NCBI GenBank assembly: GCA_903847205.1
Contig: CAINDA010000065.1
Coordinates: forward strand, 1,267 to 65,266
Source: an uncultured Bacteroidota bacterium
Lineage (GTDB): Bacteria > Bacteroidota > Bacteroidia > 2-12-FULL-35-15
Length of the DNA stretch: 64,000 nucleotides
Reading direction: 5' to 3'
The stretch's first letter is position 1. Each line of letters opens with the position of its first letter. The notes beneath the pieces are model-generated. The model was not told the DNA's origin. It was given only the letters and a program-made list of their open reading frames with translations, and did not search any database. This document shows positions 46,351 through 55,554 of the stretch, in pieces. Position numbers and translations under genes: made by a program.

Positions 46351-48579
46351 CTATTTCAGTAATTCCCCCAAAGCACTGTCAAATAAAGCCTTTGCATCAG
46401 CAACTGTTCCAAATGATTCACCGTCAATAATCATTTCTTTTCCTGTTACATCGCCGAGGTATTCAAACTCCGCGCGGGAAGCCATCATCAGGTCAATAAA
46501 TTTATCTTCATCTTTTTTGGTAACAGAAACAATTACACGGCTCTGTGCTTCGCCGAATAAAAATGCATCTTTTCGGATGTCATCGTCTGAACTGATATCA
46601 AAACCTAAACCATTTGTCATTGAACTTTCAAGGAGGGTAATGAATAAACCGCCGTCGGAACAATCGTGTGCAGATTGAATTACACGTTCCTTAATGATTG
46701 TTTTAACTGCTTTCTGAACTTCAAATTCTTCATCTAAATTAAATGCAGGAGGAGGTGTGTTTTTTATTTTATGGTAAGAATATAAATATTCGGATGATGC
46801 GATATCATTTTTTGAATAGCCGATTAAATAAATTGAATCGCCTTCATTTTTAAAATTCAAAGTCATTCGGTTTGTTTTATCTTTCAATACACCCAGCATG
46901 CCGATTGCAGGAGTTGGGAACACCGGCCCTTCATAGGACGACTGATTGTAGAAGCTGACATTACCGCCGGTTACAGGAGTCTGGAATTTAATGCAGGCTG
47001 TGCCCATTCCTTTTATAGTATTCACAAACTGCCAGTAAACTTCAGGGTTATAAGGGTTGCCGAAATTTAAACAGTTGGTAATTGCAGAAGGTTCCCCTCC
47101 GCTGCACACTATATTTCTTGCCGCTTCCGAAACAGCAATAGAACAGCCTATTTCAGGATCGGCATTTACATAGCGGGAATTGCAGTCAACTTTTAACGCA
47201 ATTGCTTTTGAAGTTCCTTTGATGTTTACAATAGCTGCATCGGAAGGTGCATTGGTACTCATATTCACAGTGCCTACCATTGAATCGTATTGATTATATA
47301 CCCACTGTTTGGATGCAATATTCGGGTGCGCAATTAAAAATTTTGAAACTGCAACAAGGTCTTTCGGCTCTTCAACAGTATCGATGTTGAATTTTTTTGA
47401 TTCAGCATAATATGCCGGCTCTTTGTAATCGCGGTGATACACGGGTGCTCCGCCTCCAAGTACTAAATCAAAAGCAGGAACATCAGCAGCTAATTCATCG
47501 CCGACATAAAATTTAATACGTTTGGTATCAGTTACCACGCCTATCATTGCGCAGTTTAAATCCCATTTCTGGAAAACTTTTTCTACTTCTTTTTCTCTTC
47601 CTTTTTTCACAACAATAAGCATGCGCTCCTGTGATTCGGAAAGTAAAATTTCAAAGGGCTGCATATTCTGCTGACGTGTAGGAACGCGGTCTAACCAAAT
47701 ATCCATGCCATGTTCACCTTTGGCGCTCATTTCGGAAGTAGAACAGGTAATGCCGGCAGCACCCATATCCTGCATGCCGATAACAGCGCCGGTTTTAATA
47801 ACTTCTAATGTTGCTTCTAATAATAATTTTTCCTGAAAAGGGTCGCCGACCTGAACTGCAGGAAGATCTTTTGCAGAGTCTTTTGTAATATCTGCGGAAG
47901 CAAATGTTGCTCCGTGAATGCCGTCTTTGCCGGTGGCTGAACCAACTATGAACACAGGGTTTCCAACGCCGTATGACGTTGCAGAAACAGTTTCTCCTGC
48001 TTTCACAATTCCGGCACTCATTGCATTTACCAATGGATTCACATTGTAGCACTCATCAAAAAATACTTCGCCGCCAACGGTAGGAATGCCGAAAGCATTG
48101 CCGTAATCGCCGATTCCTTTTACAACTCCTTTTACAAGCCATTTGGTGCGCTCTAATTTTAAGTCGCCGAAACGCAGTGAATTTAGCTGAGCTATCGGGC
48201 GTGCGCCCATTGTAAAAATGTCGCGGTTGATGCCTCCCACGCCTGTTGCAGCTCCCTGGTATGGCTCTAATGCCGAGGGGTGATTGTGAGATTCTATTTT
48301 AAATGCACAGCCTAAACCGTCGCCGATATCAACTAATCCGGCATTTTCTTCGCCTGCTTCAGCAAGAATATAAGGACCTTTTTTAGGAAGTTTTTTCAAC
48401 CATACAATGGAATTTTTGTAGGAACAGTGTTCGCTCCACATCACTGAGAAAATACTAAGCTCGGTAAAATTGGGTGTACGGCCCAAAATCACTTTAATCT
48501 TTTCATATTCATCTGGCAACAGTCCTAATTTTTGTGCTGTTTCAACGGTAGTTAATTGTTCTTGTGCTGCTGTAGGCAT
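46351..48579 (-). CDS. purL: Phosphoribosylformylglycinamidine synthase subunit PurL
   Basis: Contains '[13 protein letters not shown]' and '[18 protein letters not shown]'. Both duplicated AIRS-like halves are present. At 742 aa it has the typical PurL length. Confidence 0.9.
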   Translation of the reverse strand: MPTAAQEQLTTVETAQKLGLLPDEYEKIKVILGRTPNFTELSIFSVMWSEHCSYKNSIVWLKKLPKKGPYILAEAGEENAGLVDIGDGLGCAFKIESHNHPSALEPYQGAATGVGGINRDIFTMGARPIAQLNSLRFGDLKLERTKWLVKGVVKGIGDYGNAFGIPTVGGEVFFDECYNVNPLVNAMSAGIVKAGETVSATSYGVGNPVFIVGSATGKDGIHGATFASADITKDSAKDLPAVQVGDPFQEKLLLEATLEVIKTGAVIGMQDMGAAGITCSTSEMSAKGEHGMDIWLDRVPTRQQNMQPFEILLSESQERMLIVVKKGREKEVEKVFQKWDLNCAMIGVVTDTKRIKFYVGDELAADVPAFDLVLGGGAPVYHRDYKEPAYYAESKKFNIDTVEEPKDLVAVSKFLIAHPNIASKQWVYNQYDSMVGTVNMSTNAPSDAAIVNIKGTSKAIALKVDCNSRYVNADPEIGCSIAVSEAARNIVCSGGEPSAITNCLNFGNPYNPEVYWQFVNTIKGMGTACIKFQTPVTGGNVSFYNQSSYEGPVFPTPAIGMLGVLKDKTNRMTLNFKNEGDSIYLIGYSKNDIASSEYLYSYHKIKNTPPPAFNLDEEFEVQKAVKTIIKERVIQSAHDCSDGGLFITLLESSMTNGLGFDISSDDDIRKDAFLFGEAQSRVIVSVTKKDEDKFIDLMMASRAEFEYLGDVTGKEMIIDGESFGTVADAKALFDSALGELLK

Positions 48580-48860
48580 AATATTTATTTTACGATTTTA
48601 GATTTTTAATTGAATTCAATACTGTTTTTTCGAATTTGATTTCCTCTTTTAATAAATCAGCTGTATAGTAATGCCTGCGGTTTTGCAGGATTTCAAATTT
48701 AAGCAAATCCGTTTGAAGGATGAGTAAATATTTTTTTTAAAATTTTTCAACAAATCTTCTGGCATGGAAGTGTGGGATAAGTTCTAAAAGCTAAGATTGC
48801 GGAAACAGTTAATAAACGGATAATTTTTCTATTTTTGTTTGCATATCTATAAAACAGCGC

Positions 48861-50804
48861 ATGGGTTTCAGCAGTTTATTTCGGAAGAAATCAGTAGAAG
48901 ACATTTTAAAGCAGGTTGAAAAAAATAATGCTGACGGGCATAACGCTCTGGGCAAACACCTTCGTGTGCGTGACTTAACCGCATTCGGCATTGCAGCAAT
49001 TGTAGGGGCTGGTATTTTCAGCACCATCGGTAAGGCAAGTTTCGACGGCGGCCCTGCTGTTATTTTTCTTTTTTTATTCACTGCGGTGGCATGCGGCTTT
49101 GCAGCTTTTGCTTATGCTGAATTTGCTTCCATGGTGCCTGTTTCCGGGAGCGCCTATACTTATTCTTATGTTGCCTTTGGGGAGCTGGTGGCCTGGATTA
49201 TCGGCTGGGCGCTGATTATGGAATATGCGATTGGGAATATTACTGTTGCCATTTCATGGAGTGATTATTTTACCGGCCTGCTTGATAATATGGGAATTCA
49301 CCTGCCTCAATGGATTCAAATGGATTATCTGACTGCATCAAACGGGTATCATCAGGCGGAAGCACTCATGCACAGCGGAAAGGCATTTGCCAATCTTGAT
49401 TCATGGATGCAGAGCGCTTATACAGCATGGACAACTTCTCCCGCTATAGGCCCGCTGCACATCATTGCTGATATACCTGCACTGTTTATAATTGTGGCCA
49501 TTACAGCATTGGTTTACCGCGGTATGAAGGAATCAAGAAATGCAAGCAACTTAATGGTTGTAGTTAAACTCTGCATTATTTTATTGGTTATTGCAGTAGG
49601 TGTTTTTTATGTGGATACAAAAAACTGGCACCCGTTTGCGCCAAACGGCATCGGCGGTATTTTAAAAGGAGTTTCTGCTGTATTCTTTGCCTATATTGGT
49701 TTTGATGCCATCTCAACCACAGCTGAAGAATGTCAGAACCCGCAGCGCGATTTACCGCGAGGCATGATGTGGGCAATAATTATCTGCACCATTTTATATA
49801 TTATCATTGCTTTAATTTTAACAGGAATGATTAATTATTCTCAGTTGAGCGTAGGTGATCCGCTGGCATTTGTATTTGAAAAATTAAATTTAAAATGGAT
49901 GTCGGGTATTATTGCAGTAAGCGCTGTAATCGCTATGGCAAGCGTTCTGCTTGTGTTTCAGATGGGACAGCCCCGCATCTGGATGAGCATGAGCCGCGAC
50001 GGTCTGCTGCCGAAAGCTTTTTCGCGGGTTCATCCTAAATACAGAACTCCTTCTTTTGCAACCATTGTAACCGGCTTTGTTGTTGCTGTTCCGGCATTGT
50101 TTCTGAATCTTACTATGGTTACCGATTTGTGCAGCATAGGAACTTTATTTGCTTTTGTATTGGTGTGCGCAGGGGTTTTGGTGCTTCAGAACAAACCTAA
50201 TATCCCAAGAGGGAAATTTAAAACACCATATATCAATTCGAAATTTATTATGCCGGTGCTGCTGGCGCTGACAATCTTTCTTTCATTCAATTATAATAAG
50301 CAGGCAACATTGGCATTTCTTACAAATGAGAAACAAATCAATACTGCGTCGGCTTTGGTAACATCATTAAATGACAGCCAGATTGCGGAACTCAAGCATC
50401 GTTTAACGAGCTCTGACAGTGCGTCATTTGTAGCAAAGAACAATGATGTTGAAATGTATTTGAGCAGCATGGATGAAAAGGCTTATGCAGCAATGGTAAC
50501 AGCACTGCCGATTGCTGAAGATTTAAAATTTGAATCGGGATTAAGTTTATTTAAACATAAAATTCCCATGTGGATTTTTATATTTATTTCATTTGGATTA
50601 ACTGTATGGGCCTTCCGTCAGAACCTATCATTGATACCAATGCTGGGATTAGTATGCTGCTTATACATGATGGCTGAATTGGGTATTTCAAACTGGATTG
50701 GTTTCGGAATTTGGCTGTGTGTAGGATTATTAATATACTTCGGATACAGCCGCAAAAAAAGCAAACTGAATAAGGTAAGTGCCGGGGCTGATGTTTCTCA
50801 ATAA
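48861..50804 (+). CDS. APC superfamily amino acid permease (cationic amino acid transporter-like)
   Basis: About 12-14 TM helices. The N-terminal 'LGKHLRVRDLTAFGIAAIVGAGIFSTIG' matches the APC consensus. The C-terminal extension carries two further TM helices. Confidence 0.8.
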   Translation: MGFSSLFRKKSVEDILKQVEKNNADGHNALGKHLRVRDLTAFGIAAIVGAGIFSTIGKASFDGGPAVIFLFLFTAVACGFAAFAYAEFASMVPVSGSAYTYSYVAFGELVAWIIGWALIMEYAIGNITVAISWSDYFTGLLDNMGIHLPQWIQMDYLTASNGYHQAEALMHSGKAFANLDSWMQSAYTAWTTSPAIGPLHIIADIPALFIIVAITALVYRGMKESRNASNLMVVVKLCIILLVIAVGVFYVDTKNWHPFAPNGIGGILKGVSAVFFAYIGFDAISTTAEECQNPQRDLPRGMMWAIIICTILYIIIALILTGMINYSQLSVGDPLAFVFEKLNLKWMSGIIAVSAVIAMASVLLVFQMGQPRIWMSMSRDGLLPKAFSRVHPKYRTPSFATIVTGFVVAVPALFLNLTMVTDLCSIGTLFAFVLVCAGVLVLQNKPNIPRGKFKTPYINSKFIMPVLLALTIFLSFNYNKQATLAFLTNEKQINTASALVTSLNDSQIAELKHRLTSSDSASFVAKNNDVEMYLSSMDEKAYAAMVTALPIAEDLKFESGLSLFKHKIPMWIFIFISFGLTVWAFRQNLSLIPMLGLVCCLYMMAELGISNWIGFGIWLCVGLLIYFGYSRKKSKLNKVSAGADVSQ

Positions 50805-50926
50805 GATTAACATTTTGAATTACGCATAAAAAAGCAGCACAAACGTTAGATATATGTATTTTTGTGCGGCATTGCTGAAGATGCAGCATGCATTTTGTTT
50901 TCATTCGGATTAATTAGATTATAAAT

Positions 50927-51709
50927 TTGGTGCCGGCAGTAAAAAAAATAACCGCAGTAGTTTTATTTATCTGGTCCTTTCTTCCGATAAGTGCCCAGGA
51001 TACTTACAGCTATCACAAAGGCAAGATAAAACACCGAATCAGTGCAGGTCCTGTACTTTCGTTTTACAAGAATCATCCGCAGCATACCGTTAATACGCAG
51101 GCAGAGACAGGCTTTTGCGCTTCCTATAAAATGGAAATTGCGATAGAAAGAAAAACGGGGCTTTTAGTAGGATTAGAATATCTGAGCCACGGTTTAACAT
51201 TTCAAGGCTATTACTCTGCACCAGGCAATACTTATCTCTTCGACAGAACATTTGCATATACGCATGAAATAAGGGTTCAGGAAATACAACTTCCGATTGC
51301 GTATAAAAAAGCTTTCAATCTTGAAAAAGATAATTTTTATACTCCATATTTCTTTCTCGGTGTAGGTGCGCGTTATATCATAGGTTCCTATTATGTGATT
51401 ACAAATGATTCAACAGGAGATGTTGTTTATGACGGAAAAGGAAGTATGGATTTTGAGCACCAGGCTGCAACACAGATTGTCAATAAGCTTTTTAAAGGTG
51501 TTCATCAAACAATAACAAGAGAGTACAACGCTTTTTTTCAAGGCGGGCTTGGTACGCAGTATAATTTCAGAAACTCGGCAAAATCTATTTTCTTTGAAAT
51601 AACCTATAAATACGGCATTTCACGGCTTCATTACGAAGGTTATCAAAATTCTAATGATCTAAACATTAAAGATTCACATTGGGGATTTACCGTCGGTGTG
51701 AAATTTTAA
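50927..51709 (+). CDS. Hypothetical outer-membrane beta-barrel protein
   Basis: Signal peptide. Amphipathic strands alternate through the protein, which ends with a terminal aromatic '…WGFTVGVKF'. Confidence 0.45.
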   Translation: MVPAVKKITAVVLFIWSFLPISAQDTYSYHKGKIKHRISAGPVLSFYKNHPQHTVNTQAETGFCASYKMEIAIERKTGLLVGLEYLSHGLTFQGYYSAPGNTYLFDRTFAYTHEIRVQEIQLPIAYKKAFNLEKDNFYTPYFFLGVGARYIIGSYYVITNDSTGDVVYDGKGSMDFEHQAATQIVNKLFKGVHQTITREYNAFFQGGLGTQYNFRNSAKSIFFEITYKYGISRLHYEGYQNSNDLNIKDSHWGFTVGVKF

Positions 51710-51749
51710 GAAAGGAATACAGTCCTGCTTTTTTAATCCTCTTTTCGAA

Positions 51750-52379
51750 ATGCGATTATCAGCCCAATTATATTTTATACTCCTGTTTAATATCAGCATA
51801 TTTATTTCAGCATCTGCTCAAAAAAAGTGGAAGAAAGTAACCCTTGAAAAAGCAAATACAGCCAAAGATGCAGATTATATGACTGCAGAAGAAAAAGGAG
51901 TTATTTTCTATTATAATTTAGTAAGACTAGAGCCGGAATTATTTATGGAAACTTATGCCAAAAAATATATTGATTCAACAGGAGAAAAAAGCGGTTATGT
52001 TAAGTCTTTAAATAAAACTCTTAAATCATTAAAAAGCGAGGAAGTACTTATGCCCTCCGAAAAATTATACCTCACAGCAGAAGCACATGCCCTGGACTTT
52101 GGAAAGAGCGGGCAGATTGGACATGGAAATTTTGCAAAACGTTTTCAAAAATATGTAAAAGACTGTGAGTGTGAAGCAGGCGAAAACTGCGATTACGGCA
52201 ATGATCAAGCATTAATTATTGTGATGCGTTTGTTGATTGACGAAGACATCAGCAATCTCTCTCACCGAAATAATATACTTAATCCTTCATTTAAAAATAT
52301 CGGTGTTTCAATAAGTCCGCACAAAAAATATGTTTGGAACTGTGTGATGGATTTAGGTGCTGCACCGCGGATTCATTAA
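51750..52379 (+). CDS. CAP/SCP domain protein (YkwD-like)
   Basis: Signal peptide. The pattern 'NLVRLEP…GHGNF…GENCDYGNDQALIIVMRLL…HRNNILNPSFKNIGVSI' matches the CAP-domain consensus (GEN…HR.NIL…IGV). Confidence 0.55.
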   Translation: MRLSAQLYFILLFNISIFISASAQKKWKKVTLEKANTAKDADYMTAEEKGVIFYYNLVRLEPELFMETYAKKYIDSTGEKSGYVKSLNKTLKSLKSEEVLMPSEKLYLTAEAHALDFGKSGQIGHGNFAKRFQKYVKDCECEAGENCDYGNDQALIIVMRLLIDEDISNLSHRNNILNPSFKNIGVSISPHKKYVWNCVMDLGAAPRIH

Positions 52380-52735
52380 TTAAGTTCCCCTATAATCTTC
52401 CTCCTGAATGACTGCTTAATTTTCTCTCATTCTTTTATTAAATAAATTTTGAGAATTAAATTATAATTGTACCTTGCTGCCATAATATTCAAAAAAAGAT
52501 GGCAGTAAACCACTCATATATAAATACAGATGATGTGCTGTCTTTAATTGCCCCCCCCATTTGCTTTTGTGCTGTTACAGCCCGTTTCCGGCCTTATGTG
52601 AGAAAAAACAGCAAAACATATATTTACTTAATATAAACCCTGTAATACCGCATTTGCGGGATTGCTGGGCTTTTTTGTTTTTTAAACGGAACGTGCCTGA
52701 AATCCGATAAAGAGAAGGCAGAAAAAAATATATTT

Positions 52736-54694
52736 ATGAAAAAATCAATACTATTTTTTACGGCGGGGCTTAGTTTGAGCCTTGGATTTATAACTAATAA
52801 GTCCTATGCCCAAGCGAGTTTTTCACCTCCAACTAACTTTTCTGGAGTCAGTGGCCCACAATCAATAACAAGCGCAGATTTTAATTTAGATGGGAAAGCG
52901 GATTTAGCTGTAGCTGATGGACAAGCCGGTGTAGGTTCAAATAGCGTTTCAGTGTTACTGGGTAATGGATTAGGGAGCTTTGCTCCTGCCGTTAGTTTTG
53001 GAAACACCGTCCTTGCACATTTTATCATCAGTGCAGATTTTAATGGTGATGGGAAACCTGATTTAGCAACCGCAAATCCAGGTTCAAATACAATATCGGT
53101 ATTTTTGGGTAATGGCGATGGAACCTTTAATTCTGCTCTTATCGATTCGGCTGGCAATTCTCCTATATCATTGGTAAGCGGAGATTTTAATGGAGACGGC
53201 AAAGCGGATATCGCTACAGCTAATACTGGCGGAAATTCTGGAAGTGTATCAGTATTAATTGGTGATGGAACAGGTCATTTCACTCTCAGTACGTTCCCGG
53301 CTGGCTACACCCCTTATTCAATAACAAGCGGCGATTATAATGGAGATGGTAAAGCCGATTTAGCAGTAGCTTGTCAGGATATTAGTAATAACTTATGGAT
53401 CTTTTTAAGCAACGGCACTGGTGGTTTTGCAACTCCAATTACAACATCAATAAGTGGTTATCCACATACAATAATTACTACGGACTTTAATAATGACGGC
53501 AAAGCCGATTTGGCTGTTGGTACACATATAAACAGTGTTAACAAAGTAATGGCATTAATAGGCAATGGAACTGGCAATTTTACTTCAGCTGCAGCTTCTG
53601 TAATTATTGATGCTCCTTATGTGGTTACCAGCGCAGATTTTAATTCAGATGGCAAACCCGATTTAGCAGTAACCGTTTATAGTAATAATAGTATATCTGT
53701 GCTGCTTGGCGATGGAACAGGTGCATTTGGCACACCGGCTGTATTTAACTTAGGAAACGGCCCATATTCTCTTACCAGCAAGGATTTTAATGGAGACGGT
53801 ACAGCCGATTTGGCTGTAACCAATTATTTGGATAATAATATATCAATATTGCTAAATAATACTGCCCCTCCTACACCTTCTATCTGCTTAGTTACAGTTG
53901 ATTCTACTCATACTCATAATTTTTTAGTGTGGGAAAAAACAGGCTTAAATATGCCGGCTATCGATAGCTTTGTAGTTTACCGTGAAATAACAACCAATAA
54001 TTATCAGCGTGTTGGTGCTGTATCAAAAGATTCCATGAGTACTTTTGATGATTTCGGCGCTAATCCTGCTTCAACGGGCTATCGTTATAAATTAAAAAGT
54101 AAAAAGCAGGGAATAGAATCTGCATTCAGCAATTACCACAATACCATTTACCTTACTAATACAGGCGCAAATTTCAGCTGGACTCCTTATCAAATTGAAA
54201 ATAACCCAACACCGGTAGCAGCTTATTATATTTACAGGGATGATAATTCAACCGGTAATTTTCAAACAATCGGCTTTACAACCGGCAACCAGTTTGGATA
54301 TACCGATGTAAACTTTGCAACGTATCCCAACGCAAGTTATTATGTTGAAGCAATGATGTCGGGCGGTACCTGCCTTCCTACACGCTCCGGTTATGGCTCT
54401 TCCAGATCCAATGTAAAACATTTTGGTACTACAGGAGTTCAGCGATTGAATAATAGTACAGCGGTAAATATTTATCCCAATCCTTTTGATTCTCAAACCA
54501 CTATTGGCTTTTCAGAAGAACAAAAAAATATCACACTAAAAATAATGGATGTGGTAGGTAAAGAAATAAAAACAATAAACTTTTCGGGCAGACAATTAAT
54601 AATAGAAAAAGGAGAAATGCCTGCAGGCATTTACTTCCTGCAAATACAAACCGAGCAGGGAATAACATCAAAAAAACTAATCATAAATAAATAA
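52736..54694 (+). CDS. FG-GAP repeat protein with T9SS type A C-terminal sorting domain
   Basis: More than eight repeats of 'DFNGDGKADLAV'. The C-terminus reads 'VNIYPNPFDSQTTIGF…IMDVVGKEIKTI…GIYFLQIQTEQGITSKKLIINK'. Confidence 0.75.
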   Translation: MKKSILFFTAGLSLSLGFITNKSYAQASFSPPTNFSGVSGPQSITSADFNLDGKADLAVADGQAGVGSNSVSVLLGNGLGSFAPAVSFGNTVLAHFIISADFNGDGKPDLATANPGSNTISVFLGNGDGTFNSALIDSAGNSPISLVSGDFNGDGKADIATANTGGNSGSVSVLIGDGTGHFTLSTFPAGYTPYSITSGDYNGDGKADLAVACQDISNNLWIFLSNGTGGFATPITTSISGYPHTIITTDFNNDGKADLAVGTHINSVNKVMALIGNGTGNFTSAAASVIIDAPYVVTSADFNSDGKPDLAVTVYSNNSISVLLGDGTGAFGTPAVFNLGNGPYSLTSKDFNGDGTADLAVTNYLDNNISILLNNTAPPTPSICLVTVDSTHTHNFLVWEKTGLNMPAIDSFVVYREITTNNYQRVGAVSKDSMSTFDDFGANPASTGYRYKLKSKKQGIESAFSNYHNTIYLTNTGANFSWTPYQIENNPTPVAAYYIYRDDNSTGNFQTIGFTTGNQFGYTDVNFATYPNASYYVEAMMSGGTCLPTRSGYGSSRSNVKHFGTTGVQRLNNSTAVNIYPNPFDSQTTIGFSEEQKNITLKIMDVVGKEIKTINFSGRQLIIEKGEMPAGIYFLQIQTEQGITSKKLIINK

Positions 54695-54725
54695 ATAAAA
54701 ACAATAACCTAAAACAAACGAAAAA

Positions 54726-55214
54726 ATGGCAGCAAACAACTTTAGCAGTGACATCCCTGATGCAGTAATTGCCCAAATAACTGCATTATTGGTGCAAATT
54801 GAAACGGCAATAGCGCCTTATGCAGTTTCACTTACAGAGGATCAAAAAAAACACCTGGCAAAAATTTCGGATAAAACACTTCCCTTTGCCGAAAAAACGG
54901 ATGCTTACTTAGACAGCAATCCTCAATTCAGTCCGCCCTATATTGATGTTGCGGAAACCCATAAGGATTTTAAAAATTATCAGAAAATACATCCGATAAT
55001 GATAAAAACAGACGGCCTTAAAAAAACAATGAACGATATTGGTATTGCTGCCGGCAGTGATGCTTATGTTCAGTTTCAGGCATATTACAGTTCGGTACAA
55101 AAAGCCAGTCAGCAAGGCGTTACAGGCGCTAAAACAATTTTTGATGAATTGGCTAAACGCTATCCGGGACATAAAAAAACGGTTCCGCCTGTGGTGCCGC
55201 CTGTAAAACCGTAG
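54726..55214 (+). CDS. Hypothetical protein
   Basis: The ORF has a good start context, 30 nt after the upstream stop. It is followed by a hairpin terminator. No domain recognised. Confidence 0.4.
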   Translation: MAANNFSSDIPDAVIAQITALLVQIETAIAPYAVSLTEDQKKHLAKISDKTLPFAEKTDAYLDSNPQFSPPYIDVAETHKDFKNYQKIHPIMIKTDGLKKTMNDIGIAAGSDAYVQFQAYYSSVQKASQQGVTGAKTIFDELAKRYPGHKKTVPPVVPPVKP

Positions 55215-55251
55215 AGGCAGCAGCTTTCCGAAAATCCTATACTCTAAATTC

Positions 55252-55290
55252 AAAATCCTATCCAGCATATGCGGGATAGGATTTTGAATT
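55252..55290 (+). terminator. Rho-independent terminator
   Basis: 'aaaatcctatcc-agcatatgcg-ggataggatttt' forms a 12-bp perfect stem. Confidence 0.7.
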
Positions 55291-55346
55291 TATTATGGGC
55301 TTTTGTAAAACCAGATCCTAGCTTCTGCCAAAAGTCCCCGCCTTGG

Positions 55347-55552
55347 TCAAATTTGACCAGCTCCGGCCAAATACGACCAGCGTCCTGCCAAAATTGCCTG
55401 GCTCCGAGTGAAAATTGACCAGCTCCGAACGCAAATTGACCAGCTCCGAATGAAAAATGTCCGGCTCCAAATGAAAATTGACGGGCTCCGAGTGAAAATT
55501 GACCTGCTCCGAATGAAAATTGTCTGGGTCTGAATGAAAATTGACCGGCTTC
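55347..55552. repeat. ~10 tandem degenerate copies of a 21-bp repeat (consensus ~TGAAAATTGACCAGCTCCGAA)
   Basis: Direct reading shows the units 'caaattgaccagctccgaatg', 'aaaattgacgggctccgagtg', 'aaaattgacctgctccgaatg' and so on. The array abuts the stop of the minus-strand AAA gene. Confidence 0.8.
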
Positions 55553-55554
55553 TA

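Noticed and set aside
52600-52690. Short hairpin 'ccgcatttgcgg' + T-run about 60 nt upstream of the FG-GAP gene, considered as an orphan terminator/sRNA 3' end
   Set aside because: The stem is only 5 bp and no conserved structure is recognisable. The evidence is too weak without expression data.
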